The notes under the pieces are model-generated. The model did not search any database. It was given only the letters and a program-made list of their open reading frames with translations, and had not been told where the DNA came from. From NCBI GenBank assembly GCA_024626585.2, contig JANKJI020000002.1, positions 247,696,894-247,760,893 on the forward strand: DNA of 64,000 bases, written 5' to 3'. Source of the stretch: Ginkgo biloba. Lineage: Eukaryota; Plantae; Ginkgophyta. Each line of letters opens with the position of its first letter. Position 1 is the first letter of the stretch. Shown piece after piece: positions 24,170 through 36,869 of this stretch. The translations under genes were made by a program, and so were the position numbers.

Positions 24170-27100
24170 CCTGAGTTTCCTCATTTTAATAGTAATCGAG
24201 GGAGCCACCCTATTACATACATTAATGCTTATGTTATTACTTACATGGAACACAGATAATAATGATGTCACCATAAAAATATTCCCTCATTAGCTCATGG
24301 GGGGAGATTTAAAATAGTTTCATCAACTATATGCCAACTCTATATTAACATTCCAAGAGATTATTAAACTCTTTATTTAATACTTCAATGAGGCCAATCC
24401 CTATGATCTAGGGCTCATACCCCTACTTTCCTTCGATAAGGATAATGTTAAATCCGAATTTGAATTCATCCATAGATTCTAGTATTTATTTTATGCATGT
24501 AAAACTCATTTTATTGGATGATATTTTTATGAATTATTCATGAATGCCTTTAGAACTCAAGTTCATTTTGAGGTATTAAAGGTGGATCGCACTTCTTATG
24601 AGAATTCTATTAAGAAATTCTTGACCATTGAGGCCTACAAGGTTTGGGCTGGGGTGAAGATGATTAAATCTTCCCATTCCTCCACTACCTAAAAAAATAA
24701 GCATACCACTAATGATGGAGTTATTGACTCTAAACTTTCTCATCCTAGTGATGAGTTGTTAGACCCCATCACCTCTTCCATTTGATAAATTAATCACACC
24801 ATCATAGGTTCCTCCAAGTCCTCTTCCAATAATATATCATTTGGAAAAAAATATGAAGGTGAAAATAAAGACACAAAAACCATCCATTTGGTGGAGAAAT
24901 ATTCAAAGTATCCACCTGATAGTTCTCCTCCATAAAAACCTAATTGACTTACTTTTGATCATACTAAATGGTGCAATTACCATAAGTTCCCTGATCATGA
25001 CAAAGATAATTATTTTACACTCTGAAAGTTATAAAGTCTCTTTCCTAATTTATAGTGTTCTATCTCAAAACCAAACAAAGAGAAATAGATATATCAAAAT
25101 CCCATCCTGACCACAACATTAAAACTATAGGGAAGAAATCCATATATTGTAAGAAGAATAAGAAGAAGAATAAGGTGACAAATTATTTGAGTCCATACAC
25201 TACCTCTTCTTATTGAGTAGAGAAAGGACAAACTTCTATATCCAAGAAGATGGTGATCCATTAATTCCATGTTACTGGTGGGTCAAAAGTCTTGTTAGAA
25301 TCTTAAATAATTCCACACACTTCCAAATATATAAGGGATTCCAAAGGAAAGTACAAGGTTATAGCCCTTATTTATTGGGTTCCTATATAACCTAAGGATG
25401 TAATGGTTATTATCTAATCTCAAGATCATAAAGAGGCATCCTATGCCTATGACCTTCCTCCACCTAATATTCCATTTAGGGGACCTTCTCCTCCTTTAGA
25501 CCCTTATCCCTAAATACCTATGCTGACTAGAATAATTCAATTTGATCTCAAAAGACCTATTCCTCAACTAACTAGAGGGAAGGAGTACTTAATTATTGAT
25601 GAATTATATTTTATTTCTTTTGGGATATCTATAATATATGTGTTCAAAATATGTTCATAGTAATGAGAGGCCTTCTTTACTATAATTTCTATTTCATTTC
25701 ATGAGATATAATAGGATATTTTAATTTTGACCCTGTTGATATTCTTGATGAAGAAATTCAAAAATAAAACCTTATCAATCCTTTCCACATCAAAGTTGAA
25801 GTCAAGGATTTTGCTATTCAAAGATGTATTATTGACCTAGGGTCATCCATCAATGTCATGCCTTTCTTAGTCTATGAACAATTAGGTGTAGGTTCATTCC
25901 ACCCTAATTCTTAGGCATGATATGGATACAACAAGTCCCTCAAATCTCCCATAGACTATATTTCTCTCACATTTACCATATGTAAGAATTGGATATCATT
26001 GAAGTGGTTATTATCATCCCAAAACTCAACTATAATCTACTCCTAGGGAGATCATGAATAAATGGCATAAAGTCCATTATCTTATATCTCTTTAGAGACA
26101 TCTAATTCTTCCATTTGGGTCCTTTTCATCATCTAATATGTGTTTCACCCAATACTAAAACTACTTCATTTGGGGATCCTACTATCCTGCTGGTTGAAAT
26201 TTCTATTGATAAAGAGTTTTTATTTGATCATTCTAGTTAGACCAAGGACTTTGTCTTGCTTATTATCTATTAGTATCTATTCATTGAGGATTATAACTTT
26301 AGTTGTTTGGATACTTCTTTAGAGGATTATGAACTTATTATGTCCTCCCACATATATCACATCTACCATCTTAATATGACACCTGTTGCACTATAGGATG
26401 ATCAGGAGTCCCTTAATTTTCTCTTCGTAGTTGATACAGAGGAGACTACTACTCCTCTTATATATATTAACTCCCTAATAAGAATACCTTATATGATGAC
26501 ATAATCCCACTACCTCCTGACCTTAAACATTGAGGGCATATTGACAAACCAAGTGGTCCATTTGACATAATTGAATCTTCTTGGTTAGACTAGCTTGAGG
26601 GTCATATTCCTTTACATATTCACTTACCTAATTACCTAGAGTAGTATTTTTCCCTTTTCCATTCTTATGATGAGGACCTAATATTATTTATCCTACGGCT
26701 TCTCTACCCATGAATCTTTGAGTGGGTGATTTACCTTCAACTATCCCTTCAATCCCTTTAGGATCTTATTAGTAGGATATACTAGAAAATTCTAGACATG
26801 ATCATATTAGTGCTTTTAATGGGAAATTTCACTCTTATGAGTCCTCTATTATCCACCATGTTTACATGGTTTAATCTTGCTCTATTTTTAATGATGAATT
26901 ATCAGATTCCCCTTCCTCGTCCACACTAGGTGATTTACCACCTTCTACTAACTATTTTAAGGAAGGGAATCTCATGGCTATTAATCCAACCACTAATGTT
27001 TATTTGAGTATCACCTTCATTCTAAATATTGTCAAGTTTAGGGATACTATGTCTCCTCATGAGATCAATCAATTAACTAAACTTATTCATGAGTTATCTA

Positions 27101-29660
27101 ATATATTTTCTTAGGAATATTCAAACATGAAAGGGATGGATCCTAATATAGTGTCCCATAATATCATTGTTAACCAAGGAACTAAAACTATGTTACAAAC
27201 GTCAATATCCCATTAAACCTAACATCTCAGTTGTTGTGAAATAGGTGGTCAAGAAATTAGTTAAAGTTGGATTTATAACACCCATTAATTATCCTCAATG
27301 AGTTTCCAACATTATGCCAATTAATAAGAAAAGTGGTGATGTTGTATTTTCATTGAATTTCAAAATATAAATGATGCATTTAATAAGGAAAATTTTCCAT
27401 TACTTTTTGTTGATTAAATTCTTAATTAAACAACAAGATTCAAGGTCATGTCCCTTATGGTCAAGCTCTCCAACTATAATACTATATTTATAACTCTAAA
27501 GGACCACCAAAAAATATCATTCATTACTCATTAGGGCATGTTTTCTTATAGAGTCATGGATTTTAGGCTTAAAAATTTTGGCACTAGGCTATTGTGTTCA
27601 TCTTTCATGACCTAATGAATAAAATCATCCAGGCCTATGTTGATGACCATATGGTATTGTACCATAGATGATAATACCACCTTGATGATCTTCTTTCAAT
27701 AGTGTTACAAATACCAATTGATTCTTAATCATGAGAAGTGTGTCTTATTGGTCTCATTTAGGAATTTTCTTGGGCATCTTGTTTCAATTTGAGGCATTAA
27801 GCTTGACCTTAACAAGGTTAAGGCTATTATTGAAATGCCTCCACCTAGGACTCAAAGATATATTAAGTATTTTCTCGATAATTAGGATACTTATGTAGGT
27901 TCATTATCAATTTTACTTTTAAAGTTAAACCCCTTAATAACCTATTAAATAAGGATATTCCTTTTAATTGGTTGCCTCAAGCCAATGTAGAATTTGACAA
28001 AATGAAGGAGGCTCTCACTTTTGCTCCTATTTTAATTCCACCCTCAAGAGCTAGACCCTTTTTGGACATGAAATTAATTACACATTTATTAAAAAATAAT
28101 GTTTATCTTTGGTATTTATGACCAAGGAAATATGACAATACTTATTGAAATGCTCATATCGATGTATACACTCAATGAAATGCTAACCTATATATTCTTT
28201 CTAACCCTGATCACACTAGAAGGGATGGAAGGTGGTTCATCTTTATTTAGGAATTTGACCTCGATATTATTAAAAAGAAATATAAAAAGGGTATGGTTGT
28301 TGTCAAACACCTAGTAGATTTATCTCTACCCAATGATGAGAATGTACTTGCTAATAATTCTTTACTAGACAAAAATATCTTTCATAGTGATCACTAGGAT
28401 ATTACTAAGCATGAGTGGTATGAAGATATCATTTCCTACCTCAAGTTTCAAGAATGTTCGCAAGTGGCCTCTTCAAAATAAAAGAGAGGAATCTATACCA
28501 TTATTCATGAATATATGATCCTTAATAATTCCCTCTATAAGCGATCCTTTCATGGTCTCATTATGAGATGCATGTTTTCCATAGAAGCATAAATAGTGAT
28601 ATACAAATGTCATAAGAGAATTTATGGGGGCCATTTTGGTGGATAACCTATGGATTTGAAGATTCTAAAGATGGGATAATACTACCCTATAGTCTTTAAA
28701 GATGCCCACGACTATGTTCACAGGTTCCTCAAGTGCCAAGAGCACTCTAACTTATATCATGCACATACCCAATCACTTTTGGAATTTTTTTTCCCATGGC
28801 CTTTCTTAAAATAGGGACTTAACCTTATCAATGTAATTAATGCCTAATAGTTAAGTAACTATAAGTTTATTCTTATAGGCACTAACTATTTTACTAAGTG
28901 GGTTGAATTGATCCCACTTCACCATATAGATGGACATACCATCGTCAAGTTCATATTTAACCAAATCATTTTCTAGTTTGGTATTCCTAATATTATCATC
29001 ATTGATAATGAAAAATCATTTTAAAACTACCATATTGATGATATATGTCAAAATTTTTAGATTAATCATCCAACTTATGGACCTTATTACCCATAATCTA
29101 ATGGTCAAGATGAAGATTGCAATAAGACCTCGATTAAGATTCTTAATTGAATAGTCAACCGGTCTAGTCAAAACTAACATTTAAATATCTTCCATGACCT
29201 TTGGGATATATAAAATATTTGTGTACTCCCATATGCATGATACCATTTTCCCTAGGTTATGGTATCGAAGTAGTTATTTCACTCAAGATTGAGATTCCTT
29301 CCCTATGAATCTTGACTAAGGGATTCTTAGATAAAGAGTCCTTCAAATCCTCCCATCTTATATAACTAGAGGAGATCAATGATAAGAGACTCATAAAATG
29401 TTAATATTTGGTGGCCTACCATAACTGTAACTAGCTAGCCTATGAGAATAAGGTTAGACATAAGGCCTTCCTTATGGGAGATAAGGTTCTTAAGCTTGAA
29501 TAATTTTTTGATAGAAAAGGGAAGTTTATACCTTAGTGGATTGGTCCCTTTGCCATTTTGAAAGATCTCTAGAGTGGCACTTATCAAATTTCTATCTTGG
29601 ATGGATGAGAGTTTCAACATCTTATGAAATCTCAATTTATTAAACTATACTATTTATAGC
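24170..29660 (+). pseudogene. gag-pol remnant of an old Ogre/Tat-like element
   Basis: gag FPHFN...IKIFPH*LMG; PR PFHIKVEVK...CIIDLGSSINVMP; RT KGMDPNIVSHNI and AYVDDH; RH; IN GGHFGG...FPWPFLK*GL; GPF-like GKFIP*WIGPF near 29520. Confidence 0.85.
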
Positions 29661-30399
29661 ATCTAAGAAGGAACTTTACACATGTATATATAATACAAAA
29701 TAATAATAAAAATTGCAAACTAATGTGTTTTATATATGCTCAAAAAATCTATGTATATATATACAAATGTGTTTTTTCAATAGGTACAATATAATGTTAT
29801 CTCTCATCATACCATATGATTATCTAGTTCATATAAAATGTATATACAAAAATGTGTATATATATCTACTAAAAATATGTGATTAATGGTGTTCATGAAT
29901 CAGGTCACTCTCTTTATATGCTCATCCTTTTTTTCTCACTCAATTGTCTCTAACCAGTCCTCGAGGAGAGTCCCAACATCTATCTCAGAAGTATGACCTC
30001 ATATCATAGGTGAACGTTCTTATCCTATAGAGCCTAATAATGCTCTCATTCCTAGATGGATGGTGTAAAGGAAGTTGTATGAATATGGACAATAATTGGA
30101 TGTCCCATATCCATAAAAGGTTGATCTAGATCTCCTCTAGCATAGTGGAGCATATCTTCTAGGATGGCTCGCACCTACATCACCAGTATAGTCATTAAAT
30201 GTATATTAAAGCCATAAAATTGATTATTATGGGACTTTTTTCAAGTCACTATAGTCAAGAAAAAATTAAAGTAGGATAAGGTATTGCATACCATGTAGAG
30301 GATGCTTATTATGATCTCCTGATAGATAAACTTGCTCTTTATTCTCCTCTATTCTCTTTTAAATGAAACTTAGGTATTATCTATGGGATTTCACCTTTC

Positions 30400-31420
30400 C
30401 TCCATATGCTAATTCTAAGGGCACCCTCTATCTATTGCCCTATCTATATAAAGTCTTGTCCCTCTACTTCCCTCCCTCTATGTCTTGAACTATCTCTTTA
30501 CCTAGTACTTGCTCCTCTTGATGACCTATCTATATCTATTTTGTATCCCCCTCTACCTCTCTATTATTCATATCTCTATCCAAATCCCACTAGATCACAC
30601 TATAAGGGTCCATGACCCTTTTATCTAGGGTTAAATATATAAAATCTACTTAGGTTCCTTCCTTCCTCTAATGAGTAGGGTGGAATGGTAAGGATCTCTC
30701 CATCATCTTTCACCTCCTCATGAGAGGATTATATAATATAACTATAATAAGGGGTGTTATGGTAGGATAAAATAAATGGAAGTGCTAAAAAATTCATGCC
30801 TATAGGAATGAACTATAAATGAGGGTCCCATGGCCAATCCACCATACTATATCCAATTGATTTAATAGAGAATCAAGAATGTACCTAACCTAGTCATGCC
30901 TAATTTCCTATATGCATCTCTTGATCACTGAGATGAATCCAAATGGAACACTCCCAAATTTATAGCTTTGTGAGATCCTCAACATGAGGATTTCTTATAT
31001 CACTCTCAGAATTAGTGGGACTCTCACACTCTACAATATGTTGATAACCACCCCATGAGTAGTCACATCACTAGGAATCTTGCACTTCATTAGATAAAGG
31101 TCTACCTCTCATATAGTCACTTTCCTTTATAGGTTGATCACCTCTCTTTAGAATAAAAGTCCCATCACCCTATACATATGTCTCTTTGTGAGTTGTACCT
31201 CACTAAAGATAGGTAGTCTAAACATATGGGCAGTAAAATCCTAATACCTCACCAACTATTTCATACTCTCCTCATTAAAATTGAGTTGGGAGGTTAATGA
31301 GACCTTCCATAGCCTACATATTTATAGGATACCTCAATCCTCCTCTCCAAATTATGCTACCAGTTCATGCATGATGGCTCCATCATTCTCTCACATGCTC
31401 ACTACAATAAGCTCCTATAC
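30400..31420 (-). pseudogene. Antisense plant mobile domain (PMD)-like ORF remnant, copy 1
   Basis: Minus strand reads CRLWKVSLTSQLNFNEESMK*LVRY*DFTAHMFRLPIFSEVQLTKRHMYRVMGL; homologous to 57336-58540 and 59351-60500. Confidence 0.65.
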
Positions 31421-34400
31421 ACAAAAAATAAGATGATAATTAGTAATGAAGTAATAAAATTCCTATCAATGAATAAATCAGTAAAAGTTTGACTTCCTAT
31501 ACTATTATGTTTATTAACACACTCATATGATCCATGATTTCAATAAGTTCACTACTATAGAATGTTAATTGATGGTGCACTGCTCGAAAGAATGTAGATC
31601 TACAATGTTTAGACCATAAGGCACATATTAACAATGTAAATATTTATAAAAGAAATATACATAATTGAGAAAATTGATCCATACGATGGATCGCCAGGCT
31701 TTAGGCTACTCCTTTATGAGAAATCATCACATTTCTATAGTCAAAATGTGATATTTATCACCATCCCTAAAACTAACCCTATATTATGAAAAATTAAAAT
31801 TAAAAATTATTGAGGTATGAGGCATACCGATAGGTCCTCCACCATGGAATATATCTTTTCATCTATTATATTATGTTAAATATTCAATAGTGCTCTCTAA
31901 TCTCCTCTCTCATCGAATCCTCAAATGAAAATGACATGTGGTGTGTCTTTTGTTTTTTTATCTAGTTGACTTTTTCCATTTTAAAATGAAAAATAGGTGT
32001 CCCAACTTTATTTAGGCACATAAAAAAGGTTGATTCTATAATTTTTCTTTATTTAATAAAGGAAATATTATTTATTTTCTTTAAGAATTACTATTTAATC
32101 ACCTTTCTTTGTCACCTCTTTTCAGGTTGTATAGATATGATTGCATTTATTATGACTCACTGATGTCTTGGTGCCATTTGGTGAATATTATACCTAAGTA
32201 CTAATTTAAAATTTCTTATATATACATGTGTCACCTTTTTATCAAACATAGAAAAAGCCAAAAAATATCAAAAAGATGCATTACATCCATTTTGCTTCCT
32301 ATTCCTTATACTAGTTTGTATTCATCCCTCACATACCCTAGTGATCCCTATGATTTGTAAGAAGAAATGATAGATGGAACCTGATTTTCTCTCTCTCACC
32401 TTCTCATAATATTTTTCATAATGTCTATCTAGTCAAAAAATGGANNNNNNNNNNNNNNNNNNNNNNNNNNNNNNNNNNNNNNNNNNNNNNNNNNNNNNNN
32501 NNNNNNNNNNNNNNNNNNNNNNNNNNNNNNNNNNNNNNNNNNNNTCTCTCTCACCTTCTCATAATATTTTTCATAATGTCTATCTAGTCAAAAAATGGAT
32601 CAGGAAGTCACCCCATGAGTCTGAATTCAAGAATCTTTGAAAGCATCAACCTCCTAAGATGCGATAGCCTATATCAGTCCATGTTACCATCTTTCTTCCT
32701 ACAAGTCCTATAATCCAAAATGACTTAAAGGAAATTGGTTTGCTAAACCTCCAAGGTATATGCATCATAATGGAGAAAGTAGTACCCTTGCCAAGGAGGT
32801 GAGGTTAGATCATGTTTCTAGGCACAAATATGCCATAGGAATCAAAGTCAATTATGTTTCTATTACCTCTAGGGTGTTAAAACTCAAAAATGAGGATAAA
32901 ATATTAAGAAAGATGTAGGGATATAAAATGTGAAAAATAAAGGCTCCTAAAATACCTAACTTATGTCTCTATTACTTATGAGGTTTTAAAATGTTAAAAT
33001 GATGGAAAAACTAAACCAAGTCAGATGAGCCTAGGCTTGATAGGATGTGACCAATGGGCAACATATCTTTTTGAGATCACTATGTCTCCTTAGATTCACC
33101 ATTTTCTATAAATATTATAATGATGATCATAGTCCACCAATGAATGTATCATATATTACACTTTTCACTTGCATATATGGAGGCTATAAGGGAAGTCTTG
33201 ATAATTTTTTATTTATCTTTATTCATTTTATTTTATTTTTTATGCATGGGGTACTAGTATGCGAGACCAATTTTCTCATCGAAGATAAGGATTCAAGTTG
33301 GGCCTTCCCCTCATCCCCATATCATGTGATGCTACCCCGTATTCCCTAGGGGAGTGGAACCTTAGTCCAGTGGGTTTTAACCCAAAGTCATGGTCGTTGT
33401 GCTACACCCTGGGGGGATAAGTCTTGATAATTTAACAATCACATGGGATCACTTAGGTTTCCCAAGGGGATGACATTACAAGTGTCAAATAAATATTCCT
33501 CATATTCTATTATTATTTCTTATATATGCATCCATATTTCCCCCTCCTCAGTGGTGTGCCATCGAGAGCTAGATCTTGGTTTTATGGGATCTAATCTTGT
33601 TTAAGAGGATATGACCATGAGGAATATGTTTGAGAGTATTACTATTGTTGGGTTTTCTCTCACTAGATTCTCTTTCTTTTGTTAGCTTATGGCTAATTGT
33701 ACACAATATATATGCAAGGGCATACTATTATTCCTATTCATGATTATTATTGTCATTGTCTATTATTTATGAGGTTAGCATAGATTGGATAAAGTATGCG
33801 TGGCATCTTCCTGTTTGGAATCTTTCTATATTTGGATAAGGATTTTCCTATATAATATCCTTTNNNNNNNNNNNNNNNNNNNNNNNNNNNNNNNNNNNNN
33901 NNNNNNNNNNNNNNNNNNNNNNNNNNNNNNNNNNNNNNNNNNNNNNNNNNNNNNNNNNNNNNNAAAATAAGGGTCCAAGTTAAGGAAAGATAATATCAAA
34001 ATATTCTTAGGAAAATTGATGAAGTAGAGCGAGATCTAAATAATACAAAAGATAAATAGGACAAATTAATCCCTGAAGGTATGATAGTTATAGAACCTAA
34101 TGGAAACTATGGTGCCCAATAGGAGGGAAGGCGATATCCTCACCTACATTAGGCACAATAAGGTTGTAATTGGCATAAGTGTACCCTATAAGGTTAATTT
34201 ATTTTACACTCTACAATGCATCAATTGATGAATTATCTGCCTAATATTGAGGGTTTCACATAATAACTATTTAGGAGGCCATCAAGTGATGGATCAATGC
34301 ATGGGATGTTTCTAGTTAACCAATTATCCTAATACATAATCGTCATATCCAATCCCTACCATTAGGAACAAAATATATGGAGGTAAGAGAAACCTCATTA

Positions 34401-34574
34401 CAATCAAAATCTATATCCCACTCATTATAGAGAGTTATGAAATAGAGATCCTTGAAATAAAAGGAGGAACACGACTCAGATATAATGAAAAAGGATTTGG
34501 ATAAAGTTAACAAAATTAAATAAGAACATATGAATTTGTAATTTTAGAATATTAAGATAGATGAAAGAAATCAT

Positions 34575-34843
34575 ATATCATATTTTTGCATAGAGTATCA
34601 TTTCCCCATGAACTCCTTAGTAATGCATTGAAACAAAATAATATGAAAGGGTGCACACTTATGCAATATTCTCCTATAAATTCATGCACCAACATGATGT
34701 TTTTTTCTACTTACAATATCATGTTTTTGCATAGAATATCATTTTCCCATGCACTCCTTAGGAATGCATTGACACAATATAATATGAAAGGGTACACACT
34801 TATAAAATATTTCCCTATAAAGTCATGAAACAACACGATGTTA
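34575..34843. repeat. Tandem duplication, ~141-bp period, 2 copies
   Basis: atatcat(a/g)tttttgcataga...tataaa(t/g)tcatg repeated at 34575 and 34716. Confidence 0.85.
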
Positions 34844-35553
34844 TAGAGAAATCTAAATTGAGAGCATTTTGAAGAGTTTCTCTAACTATATAATGAATAA
34901 ATACATGTAGAAGAACCTCAATTCATTGTTATAGGAGGTTATAAAGTTGATTATCCCCTTTGGTTTTATTATCCATATAATTTCACACTATTTAAAGGTA
35001 ATTCCTTCATCCTCCTACCAAATAGGCATATCATTTTGTATCTGAGCCTAAGATAGGTTTTGAATATTGATATCATATTGATATATTTATTTTATTTTAC
35101 CTCTCATAGACTATGCATCATTCCAAATATCTATTTTGAATTGGGTTATAAAATTAATTTTTCTATTTTTTCTTCATTTGCAATTTTTCTACTTTTACTA
35201 TGAGGTTTTCACTTAGAGTTTATCTAGGAGGGCCCACCTAAATAATATTTTAGAAGGAGGCATTAAGAAAATGGGAGAAATGTGAGTTCCATCCAAAGAG
35301 AATCCTTTCTTTATTTTATAGGGTAAAGAGGATACTAAGTTAGACGGCCTTGATAAGGCTACATTTGAGGAACAAATGGATGAGTATTTCTTGTAATAGT
35401 TGTACTTGTACATCTCTGATAATCTAAGGATTGGAAGGTTATCACATAACTATATATAGTGCTCAATGTGAATATATATGATGTGAATGGATTATGTCTC
35501 TGGTTAGAGTAGGAAATAACATTATACAACCATTAGGAAATAATATGCTTAAC

Positions 35554-36869
35554 ATTTGGTGCCATTGCAAATGAATGAACCCATATAATTGACAAAAGGA
35601 AATGAAAAGATATTGATTGTATATAGATAGATGAGGATGAAATTTGAAAAGGAGGTAGATCACTGATGAGAAGGAGGAAAAGGTAAAATTTAAAACAAGA
35701 AGTAATATCACTATTTGGAATAATAATGACATACATAGGAAAACTAACATTGATAGAAGAAGATCCACTATATAATGAGATATTAATGTGGTGGTTCAAG
35801 AAAATCAACAACTACATTTGATTTTATGCTCAACAACATGACATCTCAACAAAAGTTTTAGAAGTTAAATTTTTCCCTAACATCCATTAGGAATTCATCA
35901 TCAATACCCTGATCGAGATCTATGAATGGATAGTCTCTTAGAAATAACTAGTACATGTACAAGAAAATCATCGACAAGTAAGGGAGCAAAGAAATAACAA
36001 TACAACTAGGAGGTACTAGGAGTACTCACTAACAAGGTTATAATCAATTAACAAGAGAAATTATTGGACCCCCCAAAAGTGAAAGAAACCACACGGGAGT
36101 GGTGGGAGAAAGTTTGCAAGAAATATTATTGGGACACTATGCTATAAAATCACTAGTCCATTGACAAAATACATGAATAATTATACACACTATTTCATAC
36201 ACCATTCTTGAATTTAGTATCAGAACTACTTATTAAATGCATGATAACAGACCCTTGGAAGAGACAAGAGTTGGGATGAGGGATAAGCCTATTAGGGGAT
36301 GTCCAATAAAGAGATAAGAAGTGAAAGGGTGAGACACTAGAATGAAGAAGGAGAGAAAAATAAAATAGAGGACCATATGGAAACCCTGTTGAAGACGTTG
36401 AGAAAGAAGGGAAAGATAATCAAGGAGTACTACACAAATAGGGTTCATTCTCTACCAAAATAATAGAAAAATAAGAACAAAGAGTAGTAGGAAAATTGGG
36501 TGCCTCCTCTGAAGAAAATCCTACTAAAAAGGTAAGGATTAGAGTAGAAGTTAATTAGGGGGAATCCTCCATAGATATTGGTCATGATAGAAGTACAATA
36601 GAAAGGTGTTTAAAAATAGTAATAAGGTCTTCAGAAGGGTAGAGAAGCTCAAAAAAATTAAACCCCAGAGAACCTAAGCCTGCACCAAGAGAAGACATGT
36701 AAGAAGGATCCCCTAGGAAGCCAACCTTACCTAACAATCCTTCCATCTTAGTGTGGGAGTGAGTATCAACAAGAAAAGAAATAGTATGAGAGTTGTTGGA
36801 ATGGGTTTCCAACGGGTGTACAACCTTCAAAGGTTTTGAATATATGACCATAGAGTACAATGGAATCAT
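35554..36869 (+). mobile_element. 5' internal region of an Athila-like element (PBS-Asp, pre-gag coding region), copy 1
   Basis: cttaaca followed by tttggtgccattgc (cf. TGGCGCCGTTGC); coding remnant LTLIEEDPLYNEILMWWFKKINNYI homologous to 37381 onward. Confidence 0.6.

Noticed and set aside
32391-32600. Identical ~54-bp direct repeat on both sides of a 100-N gap
   Set aside because: Typical overlapping contig ends (assembly artefact).
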